DNA from: Octopus bimaculoides | Lineage: Eukaryota | Direction: 5' to 3' | DNA length: 52,894 bases | Assembly (NCBI RefSeq): GCF_001194135.2 | Contig: NC_068992.1 | Location: forward strand, 29,678,059-29,730,952 | Part shown: positions 12,500-24,495 of the stretch, one piece after another | How positions within the stretch are numbered: position 1 is the stretch's first letter | How the letters are laid out: every line of letters begins with the position of its first letter | The notes under the pieces: model-generated | Seen by the model: the letters and a program-made list of their open reading frames with translations, nothing else | What the model was told of the DNA's origin: nothing | The model's database searches: none | Translations under genes and position numbers: made by a program

Positions 12500-12700
12500 A
12501 CAGTCATTTGAATGCAACTATGTCGAAGCACCGCCTTTAGTCGAACAAATCGACGCCAGGACTTATTGTTTGCAAGCCTAGTACTTATTCTCTCGATCCC
12601 AGATGCCAAACTGGTAAGTTGCAGGGACATGAACACACCAACATCGGTTGTCAAGCGATGGAGGGGGGGGGGCAAACACAGACATGCAAACATAAACATA
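12500..12700 (-). mobile_element. 3' half of SINE family C
   Basis: agcaccgcctttagtcgaacaaatcgac...catcggttgtcaagcgatg...aaacacagaca aligns with 46140-46315. Confidence 0.8.
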
Positions 12701-13179
12701 CATATATCATATATATATATACATGTATATATATATATATATATAAGTATAGAAAAACTACATTATTTATAGGATGACCAAGTATATAAATATTTATATT
12801 TATATATGTGATTCTATAATAATATATATGTATATATATGCCTATATATGAACACATACATGCCCTTACACCAACATACAGACGCATACATCTTTCGAAA
12901 CAAATGGGTTCTGATTTCTTGATACGTTTCAAATCATATCGCCAGTAATTATTGACTTTCGTGAGTGCAGGGTTCATAGATGTAACACAATCAAGCATCG
13001 AGTTGGATAGAATAGTCTGTTCCCTCTGGCATCTTTGTACCCGTGGTAGTAAATAATGTCTTTACCAATTTAAGAATAATAAAAAAAATTCAATCAATGC
13101 TACATATCTCATTAATAATTTTGTCTCTCCACACGCTCTGTTTGTTTCTGTCTTTCTTTCTCTCTGCCTGTCTCCATGT

Positions 13180-13228
13180 ATAGATACATACACACATACA
13201 TACATACATACATACATANNNNNNNNNN

Positions 13229-13288
<60 letters not shown>

Positions 13289-13345
13289 GTATATATCCTT
13301 CTCTCTATATACATATACATACAGGCATATATATATGTGTATATA

Positions 13346-13394
<49 letters not shown>

Positions 13395-13444
13395 ATGTAT
13401 ACGTATATTGTATATGTGTGTATATATGTATCTTATGTATATAT
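13180..13444. repeat. (ACAT)n/(AT)n/(TG)n block with 10-N gap (13219-13228)
   Basis: Read directly from the sequence. Confidence 0.95.
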
Positions 13445-14020
13445 NNNNNNNNNNNNNNNNNNNNNNNNNNNNNNNNNNNNNNNNNNNNNNNNNNNNNNNN
13501 NNNNNNNNNNNNNNNNNNNNNNNNNNNNNNNNNNNNNNNNNNNNNNNNNNNNNNNNNNNNNNNNNNNNNNNNNNNNNNNNNNNNNNNNNNNNNNNNNNNN
13601 NNNNNNNNNNNNNNNNNNNNNNNNNNNNNNNNNNNNNNNNNNNNNNNNNNNNNNNNNNNNNNNNNNNNNNNNNNNNNNNNNNNNNNNNNNNNNNNNNNNN
13701 NNNNNNNNNNNNNNNNNNNNNNNNNNNNNNNNNNNNNNNNNNNNNNNNNNNNNNNNNNNNNNNNNNNNNNNNNNNNNNNNNNNNNNNNNNNNNNNNNNNN
13801 NNNNNNNNNNNNNNNNNNNNNNNNNNNNNNNNNNNNNNNNNNNNNNNNNNNNNNNNNNNNNNNNNNNNNNNNNNNNNNNNNNNNNNNNNNNNNNNNNNNN
13901 NNNNNNNNNNNNNNNNNNNNNNNNNNNNNNNNNNNNNNNNNNNNNNNNNNNNNNNNNNNNNNNNNNNNNNNNNNNNNNNNNNNNNNNNNNNNNNNNNNNN
14001 NNNNNNNNNNNNNNNNNNNN
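13445..14020. other. Assembly gap
   Basis: N run. Confidence 0.99.
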
Positions 14021-14035
14021 ATATATATATATATA

Positions 14036-14195
14036 TGTACGACGGGCTTCTTTCATTTCCCGTCTACCAAATCCACTCACACGGCTTTGGTATGCCCTAG
14101 GCTATAGTGGAAGACACTTGCCCAACGTGCCACGGAATGGGACTGAACCGGGAACCATGTGGTTGGGAAGCAAGCTTCTAACCATACATCCACAA
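14036..14195 (-). mobile_element. 5' half (tRNA-like head) of SINE family C
   Basis: tacgacgggcttctttcatttcccgtctaccaaatccactcac...gacacttgcccaacgtgccacgg...gggactgaaccgggaaccatgtggttgg aligns with 46345-46500. Confidence 0.85.
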
Positions 14196-14239
14196 CTGCA
14201 TTTATAGCAAGCTTCTTACTTCACAGCCATAACTGCACC

Positions 14240-14758
14240 TACGTATGTATGTTTGTATGTATGTATGTATGTATGTATGTATGTATATACATATACGTGT
14301 GTTTCCATATGTTGATAGTTTGACATAGATATAGACAGATATGTAGCGATATTGATAAATGTATACAAATGTACATACATATACATATACATATATATGC
14401 ATACACTGTCTAGCTGTGTGCATGTGTGGAAGGTTTCCTTATATCTGCACTGATTCGGATTTCAATTAAATTTCTTGTCTCCTCCAACGTAATAAGATTT
14501 CGGCGCTTCTTCATATTTCCCATTTACCAATTCACTAATATTCATCTAGAGAAAGACAGAAGGTAATTTCCTTCTCAATGCACTAGCATTATACGTGCAC
14601 CATAAGCACATACACAGACACACACACAGACACACATACACACACATACACACACATACACATAGACACACGCACGCATACACGCACTTACGTATACACA
14701 CACTGATAGATAATGCATTTATGTACATATATGCATGTATTTACATACGTATATGCTT

Positions 14759-14795
<37 letters not shown>

Positions 14796-14900
14796 GTATG
14801 TGCATATGTATACATACACACATACATACATATATACATACACAGACATATACTTATACATATATATGTAGACATGTGTGACTGTGTGTATGTAAACAAT
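14240..14900. repeat. Mixed (TATG)n, (CA)n and (AT)n microsatellite field
   Basis: Read directly from the sequence. Confidence 0.85.
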
Positions 14901-15209
14901 TTCAAATGAATATGAAATTGAAGAAATGATATTAACAACTATAAAATGAATTAGTCGATATCAGGTGAATACTTCATTAATATTTCTAGAATGTATGCAT
15001 GTATCACAGCCGTTTGCATGTTTGAAAAAAAAAATTCAGAATGAAAGAATCCTTACAGAAAAGCCATCCGTAATCTGCATGTAAACGTTTTTCTTTTCTT
15101 CATAATGCATTTGGTATATGTTGAACGTGAATCATGTAATCCTTTGTTGCCATCTTTATTAACAATAGCAGGCCATTTTACTTGTGTGTGCTTTATACTT
15201 ATGATAGGT

Positions 15210-17750
15210 AGAGGGCTCCGAAAGGAGTCTCAGGGTGTAGCATCCCTGTCTTCCCGAGCTAGTTTTACTCCACATTTCTTAAAAATCGTGGTAAATGCCT
15301 TGGTCTCGGGCCGACTCTTCTCTAGAACCTGAGGTTGGGGGTAAGCAAGGGCATGCTCCCCTAGAAAACCCAGCACTGAAAAAGCCTCATGAAAATAGCA
15401 AAGAGGCATGAGTACCAGCCTGCCCAAAGGTGGTGCAAACCCTTATCCTGGGTCGCGCAAGCATGACTTGCCTTATGATGTCGGACAACCTGAGGAGAAA
15501 CTTGGGGTGAGGTTGGGAAATTGGAATGAGGGCAGTTTTCGTGGAAGGGTAACTGAAGTGCGTGAGGAATTGAAGAAGAGGAGGGTGGATGTGTGCTGTG
15601 TACAGGAGGCTAGGTGGAGGGGCCGTGTGGAAACTGAAGGAAGAAGAAACAAGAGCAAGGTTTGAGGAGAAAGTTGGGGATTTGGTAAGCATTGATGCAC
15701 CACATTTATGGAAGGGATACTAAAGGCATGTGATGAAGTGTGTGGGAGGACGAAAGGTAGGAGAGTTTGAGGAGATACTTGGTAGTGAAACGAGGAGGTG
15801 AGGGATGCGATAGGGAGGAAGAATTAGGGGCAAAAAGCACTATGTTATAATAGGACTGAGAAAATGAAAGCCTGGTATAATAAAGATGAAGAATCGTGCA
15901 CAGAATGTGGCTGCGAGATCTGAGGAAGGAGGCTGAGGAGAAGCTGAAGGGGCTGGATAAGAACCCAGATGGCGTGGTTACATTTATGAAATCGATGAAA
16001 AAGATGGAAGAGATGTTGAAGGAGGAAGATATATGAAGGGGCGCGAAGGAAGGTTAAATTTTAGTGAGGACAGGAGAAGAGTTTGGAAAGAGCCCACGAA
16101 AAGAAAAGATGGGATCAGAGGGTGGAAGCTGCTGTGATGATGGAGCCAGTGAGGAGGGTTAGTCGGGAAGAAGTAGTGGAAGCAATGAAGGAAATGAAAA
16201 CAAGAAAGGCAGCCGGGCCATCAGAAGTAAGTGTGGAAATGATAACTGCAAGTGGAAAGATAGGGATTCTTGTGTTGATAGAGTTCTGCCAGGGTGAACT
16301 GGTGGATGGAAGAGGAATGTCAAATGACTAGGCACTAACTGTGGTGGTACCGATCTTCAAGGGAAAGGGGGATGCGATGAGTTGTGGGGGGTATAGGGGA
16401 GTGAAGTTATTGGCGCATGCAATAAACATTGTACAAAGGTATTGGAGGGGGTAATTCGAAAAATGGTGGATGTGGACGAGATGCAATTTGGTTTTATGCC
16501 AGGAAGTGGGACAGTATAGGTAGCGCTCATTGTAAGGAGATTGCAAGAGGAATACCGAGATAAGGAGGAGTTGTACAGGTGCTTCGTTGATCTGGAGAAG
16601 GCATTTGATAGGGTTCCACGGAAGGTGATTGAGCGAGAATTGAGGAAGAAAGGTGTACTAGAGATAATAATGAGGTGAGTGATGAGTTTTTATGAAGAGG
16701 TATCCGAGCTGTCGGAGGAGTTTCCGGTGAAAATTGATGTGCATAAGGGATCTGTGTTGTCACTGTTGTCGTTTCCAATAGTGGTTGATGTAGTGATGGA
16801 AAGTGTAAGAAAGGGATTGATAATGGAGATACTGTATGCGGATGACCTTGTTTTGATGAGTGAGATGATGGAGGGATTGGGGGGAAAAGGTTTGTAAATG
16901 GAAGGAGGCATTTGAAAGCAAGAGTGTGAAGGTAAGCGTCAGGAAGGTGATGGCAATTGGGGTGGAAGGAGAAGTGTTAATGAGGTAGATACATATGGTG
17001 TGTGTGTGTGTGGGGGGGGGTAGCGTAATGGCAAATGCGGTGTTGTGCACAAAATTTGGGAAATGGATTCATGGTAGATGTACGAAAGTGAAGAAGGTGA
17101 CCCCAAGACTTGCAAGAAATTTTATATGTGGAGGTCTGGCGGAACCAGTGGAAACGCTATGTGACGTGGTGGAAATGGCGAAAGTTTTGTTATTTGTGAG
17201 ATAGGGTAGATGTAAGTGATGGATGTGAAGCATCAGTAACAGCAAAAGTGAGACTTGGCTGGGTGAAGTTCAGGGAATGTGGAGTGTTATTATATGGGAA
17301 AAGGTTCTCCTTGAAGATGAAAGGAAAGGTTTATCCGAGTTGCGTGAGATCTGCAATGCTGTATGGGAGGGAAAGCGAAATGGCAGTTTGGAGAAGGATT
17401 GAGAAAGCAATGTTGAGAGCAATATGTTGTGTGAAACTATTGGATGAAAGGAGAGCTGAGGACTTGATGGGGATGCTGTGGTTGGAGCAGTCGGTGGAAC
17501 AGCTGGCAAGGGCAAATGGAGTGTGGTGGTAGGGACATGTGCTAAGGAGGGATGACGATCAGGTTCCGAGAAGGGTGCTTGAGTTTAAAGTGAATGAACC
17601 GCGAAAGTTAGGTCGACAAAAGAAAACGTGAAGGGGACAGGCGGAGGAGCTTGGGAGGGTTGGATTGGGGAGGGAGGACGCCAAAACCAGGAGAGATTGT
17701 GAGATGGTGTGAGAGCGGTTGCTGTAAGAGTGAGGTAGATCCGGCCATTT
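15210..17750 (+). mobile_element. RTE-clade LINE, decayed, with internal deletions
   Basis: APE start GNWNEGSFRGRVTEVREELKKRRVDVCCVQEARWRG. RT motifs YRGVKLLAHA, MQFGFMPG, CFVDLEKAFDRVPRKVI, VHKGSVLS and ILYADDLVL. Cys/His insert LCTKFGKWIHGRC and thumb RLGWVKFRECG. Most of the APE is missing after ~15660. Confidence 0.92.
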
Positions 17751-18305
17751 CTGTGTTGATCTAAAATGTCAAATTGATCAAGAGTGTGCTCGCACCCGAA
17801 AGTAAGGTAATACCTAAACTGTTAATTTGTGTTTAAAAGTCTAAATTTCGTTAAATGCGATATTTGAAAATACATGCTGTCGGTATAGCATACAAATTAT
17901 TTGCTCAATAATTATCGAATGTCACAGGAAATAATAATCTATAAATCAAATTGAGTTGTATGAATTTTTCTCCGCTTTCACTAACACAACTCTCTAAAAT
18001 CTAAAACATATGGCGTCAGGATCATTACAGTGTATACGATGCCTGATGAAATTGGTTGATAACATCTCATAGCCATATATACATAAATATAGCGTCAAGC
18101 ATATCGCTAAAGTCACTGTAGAGAACAAGGATATTGGATCCAGTAATGAAGTACATATCGGCCTTCTTGTGACCAAATGAACTGAAACAAACTCACAAGG
18201 TTCTAAATACAGCATAGACAACGTGGGAAGGTAACAGGTTAATGATGTAATCTATTCTAGTAAATCGAAAAGGTAAATATCGTTGAACAATGTTTCCTGA
18301 TTACA

Positions 18306-18488
18306 CGCCGGGTGAAATGCTTAGCAGTATTTCGTCTGTCTTTGAGTTCTGAGATCAAATTCCGCCAAGGTCGACTTTGCCTTTCATCTTTTCGCGGTCG
18401 ATAAATTAAATACCAGTTGCATACTGGAGTCGATTTAAACGACTGGCCCACTCCCCGCAAATTTTTGGCCTTGTACCTATATTAGAAA
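18306..18488 (+). mobile_element. SINE family A
   Basis: gagatcaaattccgccaaggtcgactttgcctttcatcttttcgcggtcgataaattaaataccagttgcatactggagtcgat. Confidence 0.85.
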
Positions 18489-18774
18489 ACAATGTTTCCT
18501 AATTAAAGGCAATAGCGATAAATAAATAAAAAAAAAAATTTTAATAATAAAAATCTGGAAAGAAAATTCAACGTTCAAGCCTGTCAATAAATTGTGGAGA
18601 GCTTAGCCTAACCTCTAAAAGACAGCCTCGCAACAACGGCTGTCGTGATGAAGCGTAAATAGTCAGTTAAAACTATATAGTTTTGCTGCACATATTTATA
18701 TATTAGGTCTCATTTACGTCTTCATAGGTGTGAAACAATTTTATGACGAAAACGCAATCATCCCCAGGTATATA

Positions 18775-18810
<36 letters not shown>

Positions 18811-18820
18811 NNNNNNNNNN

Positions 18821-18861
<41 letters not shown>

Positions 18862-18890
18862 GTGTATATATATACGTATGTGTGTGTGTG
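18775..18890. repeat. (AT)n / gap 18811-18820 / (TG)n
   Basis: Read directly from the sequence. Confidence 0.95.
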
Positions 18891-21359
18891 TATAAATATT
18901 TGCATTTACGTATGTATACATCCATCAATGTTGCTACATTTCTATCTACAGATATCTATCTCTTAACGTATTTTTTTTTGTGTACCACCTCTTTTACAAA
19001 AAGTCTTCCAAGTCTGATAATTTTAATTTTCTAACTGTGAATTGACCCTCATAAAAAATTAATTTTTCCTTTCTTGATAATGTCTGTTGTCTCTGAACAG
19101 ATTTCGTTCTGAACTACAAACCATGTCCATCACTCCTCCCTGCCCCACCTTTCGCCAAACATTAAAACTAAATGTCTGTGTTTCTAACTCTAAAAATATT
19201 CCCGTATTCTACCAGTTTTAGAGGGCATTAATGATAAGTGGATTTTGCTCAAGTATTTTTATAGTTTCCTCATTCAGATCTGCTAAAAATCTAACATGAT
19301 GCATATACTGGTGGTTCATATTTTGGCACAAGGCCAGCTATTAACAATGAATACGTTTGTTTGAAATTTTAACAATATATGGATACGATTTGGGAATTGT
19401 AATTGATTTTTTTTTATTTCTTGGTTCGTGAGTTGATACAAGTGAGAAGGACATTAAATGATGCATTCCTAAAGCATTGTCAACTGTTACAAAGTTGAAT
19501 ACCAATTAGAAATCGAATTTTAACAGAGAGCTTAAGCGGCACTATCAAATTGGAAAGTGTCTTAAACGAATTCTAGGTCAGCAACACATACGAAGTGCGG
19601 ATGGAAATGTATGATACAGTAGAGATGAAATTTCCAACGAAGTGTAAGGATTCCTAAAGATTGGGAAAAATGTTCCAAACAAGTTAGATGCCAAGCAGTT
19701 TAAACGGCTTCTTTGTATAGCATCTTAGAATACATTATATTCTCTAACTGCCGAGCTGTAATATTAGATACACACAATTTTCAGGTTAATGTTTGCTCTT
19801 GGCACAGTTTCTTTCTTCTTTTAGAATGATACTGACCACCTTGGCATTGTATCCGATGTAAAATGCGACATCGATCCAGTGAGACATCGATTTACATGTC
19901 GACACAGACTTCTGTGGCTCAGTTCATTACCACCAGTTTCTACAACAAGGATTCATAAATCAATACATATAGAAGAGAGTGGAGATGACACAAAATAACA
20001 TTACCACGCTCATTTTAAAATTTGCTTTTCGGTTAGTGTTTCTGAAGAATAATTTAAGTCAAGTCAACCGACAAAATTAATTGACGAATGGCAGTCCTAT
20101 AAATAAAATGATAGATATACAAGAAAATATGGACGATGGACCCGATACAATTATTTATTTAAGTTATCGCAACGATTGTTATAGTTCTTCAGACCTGTTC
20201 TACGTTCTGAGAATATACATATACATATATATTTTCCTTAATTTCTGTAAACGTATATTGAATGGTATATCAGTAGAATATAGGTACATCATGGTCTGGT
20301 TTTCACATTTTTTTTATTATTGTATTTTTAAAAAAAATTACAATGTTGACGTATATGAAACATTAAAAAAATAGTTTATAATGTTCATAAAGTTCAGTTA
20401 GCGCTTTCATACGTTCGTAGTAATCATCAAATTTCAAAATGTATTGAATGACAGTTGAGTTGAGTGCTGGAGAACTGTAGTAAAATGACTGACTTCTTCC
20501 CTTTTATACCATTTAGAAGGCTCCGACAATCTGAATTTTACGAATGTGATTTTGACCAATCAGCATGCAGCTTAAGCTCACGTTTTACCGGGGGCACCGA
20601 TATCACTGGCATAAATGCAGGCCTTTATTATAACCAATTAGCTTGCGGTTTACATATTTTATGAATAAGCAAACTTAGTTGGTTTCGACCGGGAGTCTTC
20701 TGCAATTTGTTTATATTCATATGTTAAAAGATATTTTTTTCATCCCCATCATTAACTGGTTGTTATATTATTGTTGTTATTTCCGTTCAAAACAGGTTTG
20801 GACATTTTAATGAAGCGTTGTCTTTATTCATTCTTTCAACATCACCTGTGTCATGTAGTTTGTGGAAAGGGAAAATTAGAAACACTTTCTGACCACATGT
20901 TTCTCTACGTTCGCTCAATGGAATTTGGTAAACATTTATGTTCCAATTTTGTTGTCTGTGGACCCAAGTGCATTCCTATAGTGTATTCCCTGCCTTGCCA
21001 ATGTATAAATCCTCGCTATTAAGTCATTTAATGCAGTAGGCTTTTACAATTCATATTTGCAATTGTTTGCAATTCTTTGTTTTAACGTATCTACCAATAT
21101 GCATGTATTGACACATTCCATATCTATTATTATTACACTTGGATACTGTGAATGTTTTATCCTATTTGTTCATGTGGATGTTTGCTTTTAATAGTTTCAA
21201 AGACTTCCGCTTGTCGGAGGCTTCTAAAAGGTATAAAAAGGAAGACGTCATTTTACTACAGTTGTTAAGCACCCAACTCAACTATCAGTCAACACATTTT
21301 AAAATTTAATGATTACTACGAACGTATGAAAGTGCCAATATAAACATTATATATATATA

Positions 21360-21506
21360 NNNNNNNNNNNNNNNNNNNNNNNNNNNNNNNNNNNNNNNNN
21401 NNNNNNNNNNNNNNNNNNNNNNNNNNNNNNNNNNNNNNNNNNNNNNNNNNNNNNNNNNNNNNNNNNNNNNNNNNNNNNNNNNNNNNNNNNNNNNNNNNNN
21501 NNNNNN
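21360..21506. other. Assembly gap flanked by (AT)n
   Basis: N run. Confidence 0.99.
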
Positions 21507-21938
21507 ATATATATAAATTGTCACAATATGTTAAGGCTGCAAAACAATGAATGGCTTTGAGTTGCAAGTAAGTCTTGGCTCTATGGAAACACTTTGTAGT
21601 TATCTACATCTCTGTATACTTAAACTATTGAGAATTTACTGCTTTCACCATCGATTAGAAAATAACGTATCAGAAGTTAAAGGAAGAATTGAATATAACA
21701 GACACTTTGAAACACGCAAATGCTTTATCATAGAAAAGACGCACCGATTTCAATGTGAATAACTAATCTAACTTCATAAAAGTTATTCGTTGTGTCTTTT
21801 TTATGATTTGAATGATATCAGCGTTATAAACTCTGCTTAATGTTTAAGACTAGGCTACATACAGACACATTTAATACAAGATTAATAATAAAGAAAAAAA
21901 CTGCATAACCAAAAGTTATCACGTTTGAATCAGACAAT

Positions 21939-21939
21939 G

Positions 21940-22003
<64 letters not shown>

Positions 22004-22154
22004 AGAAGAAGAAGATGAGGATACAGATGAAAATAATGATAATAATAACAAAGATATGATACTCGTAATAATGCTAATAATAATAATAATAATAATGAAG
22101 AAGATGAGGATACAGATGAAAATAATGATAATAATAACAAACATGATGATACTC

Positions 22155-22220
<66 letters not shown>
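21939..22220. repeat. (AAT)n block containing an 89-bp-period tandem duplication
   Basis: gaagaagatgaggatacagatgaaaataatgataataataacaaa...gatactcgtaataat starts at 22008 and again at 22097. Confidence 0.9.
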
Positions 22221-22249
22221 GTAACGGTAGGCAGATGACGACAGTAGCT

Positions 22250-22560
22250 GGAGAAAAGATAGTATCTCAAGACAGTTAAAATATCAGTGATTGTGGGAGC
22301 ACTTGAAATGAAAAGTAAGGGAACTAAAAATTTGTTGTGAATGATCCCTGGATTACAATTCATGCTGGGAGCGCAGAAGATATTTTTAAGTGTTAATTGC
22401 GAACGTTGACAGACTGTATATGAAAAGAAAGAATGATGGCAGATGACTAATTTGTATAGACGATTGTATAAGGAGTGAAAGGAGAACGCTTGCCGAGTAT
22501 TTGATAATTAGTGACGAAGAACTACTGCAATATACCGGGACCCATATTATTATTAATATT
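22250..22560 (+). mobile_element. Two juxtaposed RLE-LINE fragments (C-terminal piece followed by an RT-thumb piece)
   Basis: VKISVIVGALEMKSKGTKNLL*MIPGLQFMLGAQKIF, then ANVDRLYMKRKNDGR*LICIDDCIRSERRTLAEYLIISDEELL. Confidence 0.7.
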
Positions 22561-22630
22561 TTAAATGCTATAGGTAGAATGGTAGTGATAATGATAATCA
22601 CTCTGGTTATAGAGGCAACACAATACAAGC

Positions 22631-22635
<5 letters not shown>

Positions 22636-22710
<75 letters not shown>

Positions 22711-22738
22711 NNNNNNNNNNNNNNNNNNNNNNNNNNNN

Positions 22739-22793
<55 letters not shown>

Positions 22794-22800
22794 ACATACA
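22636..22800. repeat. (AT)n/(TG)n with gap 22711-22738
   Basis: Read directly from the sequence. Confidence 0.95.
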
Positions 22801-22849
22801 TGTGCACGTATATATGCAAAAAAGAGAGGAAGAGAGAGATGTGATCTCA

Positions 22850-24320
22850 ATAACAGCTCTCGTGGGAACCCCACGAACGACTCATGAAATCAGGATGCAA
22901 CACAACAATGAAAGTATTAACGGCGAGAATGAAGCTATAGCCAATCATGGTAAAGGTTTCTCGCCCGGCGTGTCCGAAACTCTCCGCATCTGGGGCACTG
23001 TTCTGGCCTCGGACGGTCGTTATGTCACAAAAACAGACGCAAGTGGACGAAGGAAGAGTATAATATACTTATTGGATGTCATGAAAAAGCAAAGCTGGAA
23101 AGAAGTCATGGAATAGTCCGACGTATCTTGAAATTTTGGATGGAAAAAGGACATGTGTCCAAATCAGAAAATTAATTAATGCCCCAAGTGAGAGTGATTG
23201 GGAAGAAGGGTTACTAAACTGGAGTAGAAATATCTCGGATTAGTAAGCGTCTGAGAGACCCTGCGGATGGGCTACAAAGGATAGTTGGAATTGAAAGCAG
23301 AGAGGTACGAGTTGAAAGCAGACAGAAGTGTAGACAAGAGGAACAGGGAAATGGTGGTGGGGCTGTTAAGGATGAAGAACAGGAACGTTATACAGTGAAC
23401 CCTGATACTGTGGTGGGTGACATGCAGGGGAAATGAACCAACTATATAATGAATTGCTTGAAATTCAAAGACGACTCACCGAGTTGATGAATGCACCAGA
23501 AGAAAAAAATCTCCACGAATATGAGAAGGGTGGATAGGAGTATGATAAATGTAGTGACACAAAAGATAAATACTGTCATACCATACATCCAGACGGAAGA
23601 CATAACACAAACAAAGAATCTTCTCCGGGCTATTGTGCTATTGAGCAAATGCTAAGAGGAAACTGGAAAATGGGAAAAACACCGATCAAGAAAAATTAGA
23701 GAAGAAATATAAAATACGGAAGAACGGGTTTGATGCAATAATAGAGCAGATAAAACAGAAGATCATGGCAAAAATCCAGAAGATCAGAACAAAAATAAGC
23801 AGTTCGAAGAGAACAGATTCTTCAAACAATTCTTCCGAAACAATTCTTCCGAACATTGGCTCTTATGCCATTAATACTAATTTGAAGTAACAGAACTGGT
23901 ATGAGAAGGAGGATGGAAAAGTAACGATACTCTGGGACCATGATTTTCAGGCCGATCATGTAATCGAACATCGTCGGCCGGGTATTGTCATATTGAGTAA
24001 GAGAGACAAATACTGTCAGATCCTTGATATAGCCATACCAAATGACATGTATATTGTGATTAAAGAGATTGAAAAAATCATCAAGTACTCTGAATTGAAA
24101 ATGGAAATGGCAAGACTTTATGGATTGCAAGAGGGTAATGTAAATGTGATACCAGTGGTGATCGGAGCGCTGGGCTCAATCCCGCTGAAACTTCAAGACT
24201 TCTTAAGGCAAGTGGAAATCCCGTTGAATATTGATGTCTTGAAGCAGCCTAATTAGGCACAGCGCACATTTTAAGGAAACTATTATCTGTCTGAGGTCTT
24301 TGTTATGACTAGACAGACGA
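22850..24320 (+). mobile_element. RLE-type LINE derivative: N-terminal domain joined to the RLE domain, RT absent
   Basis: N-terminal KNRRKWTKEEYNILIGCHEK and KQFEENRFFK. Then NWYEKEDGKVTILWDHDFQADHVIEHRRPGIVILSKRDKYCQILDIAIPND...IEKIIKYSEL...VIPVVIGALGSIP, a PD-(D/E)xK RLE whose catalytic PD reads PG. Confidence 0.88.
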
Positions 24321-24363
24321 CTAAAGACTCCGGTGCATTTTTAGCTACACTTTGTTACCAAGG

Positions 24364-24383
24364 AATAATAATAGTAATAACAA

Positions 24384-24451
<68 letters not shown>

Positions 24452-24455
24452 TTAC

Positions 24456-24495
<40 letters not shown>
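24364..24495. repeat. (ACT)n + (AAT)n, probable LINE tail
   Basis: Directly downstream of the LINE 3' end. Confidence 0.9.

Noticed and set aside
19825-19998. Plus-strand open frame after a pyrimidine tract (NDTDHLGIVSDVKCDIDPVRHRF...)
   Set aside because: No recognisable motif, no partner exons, and the length is compatible with chance.
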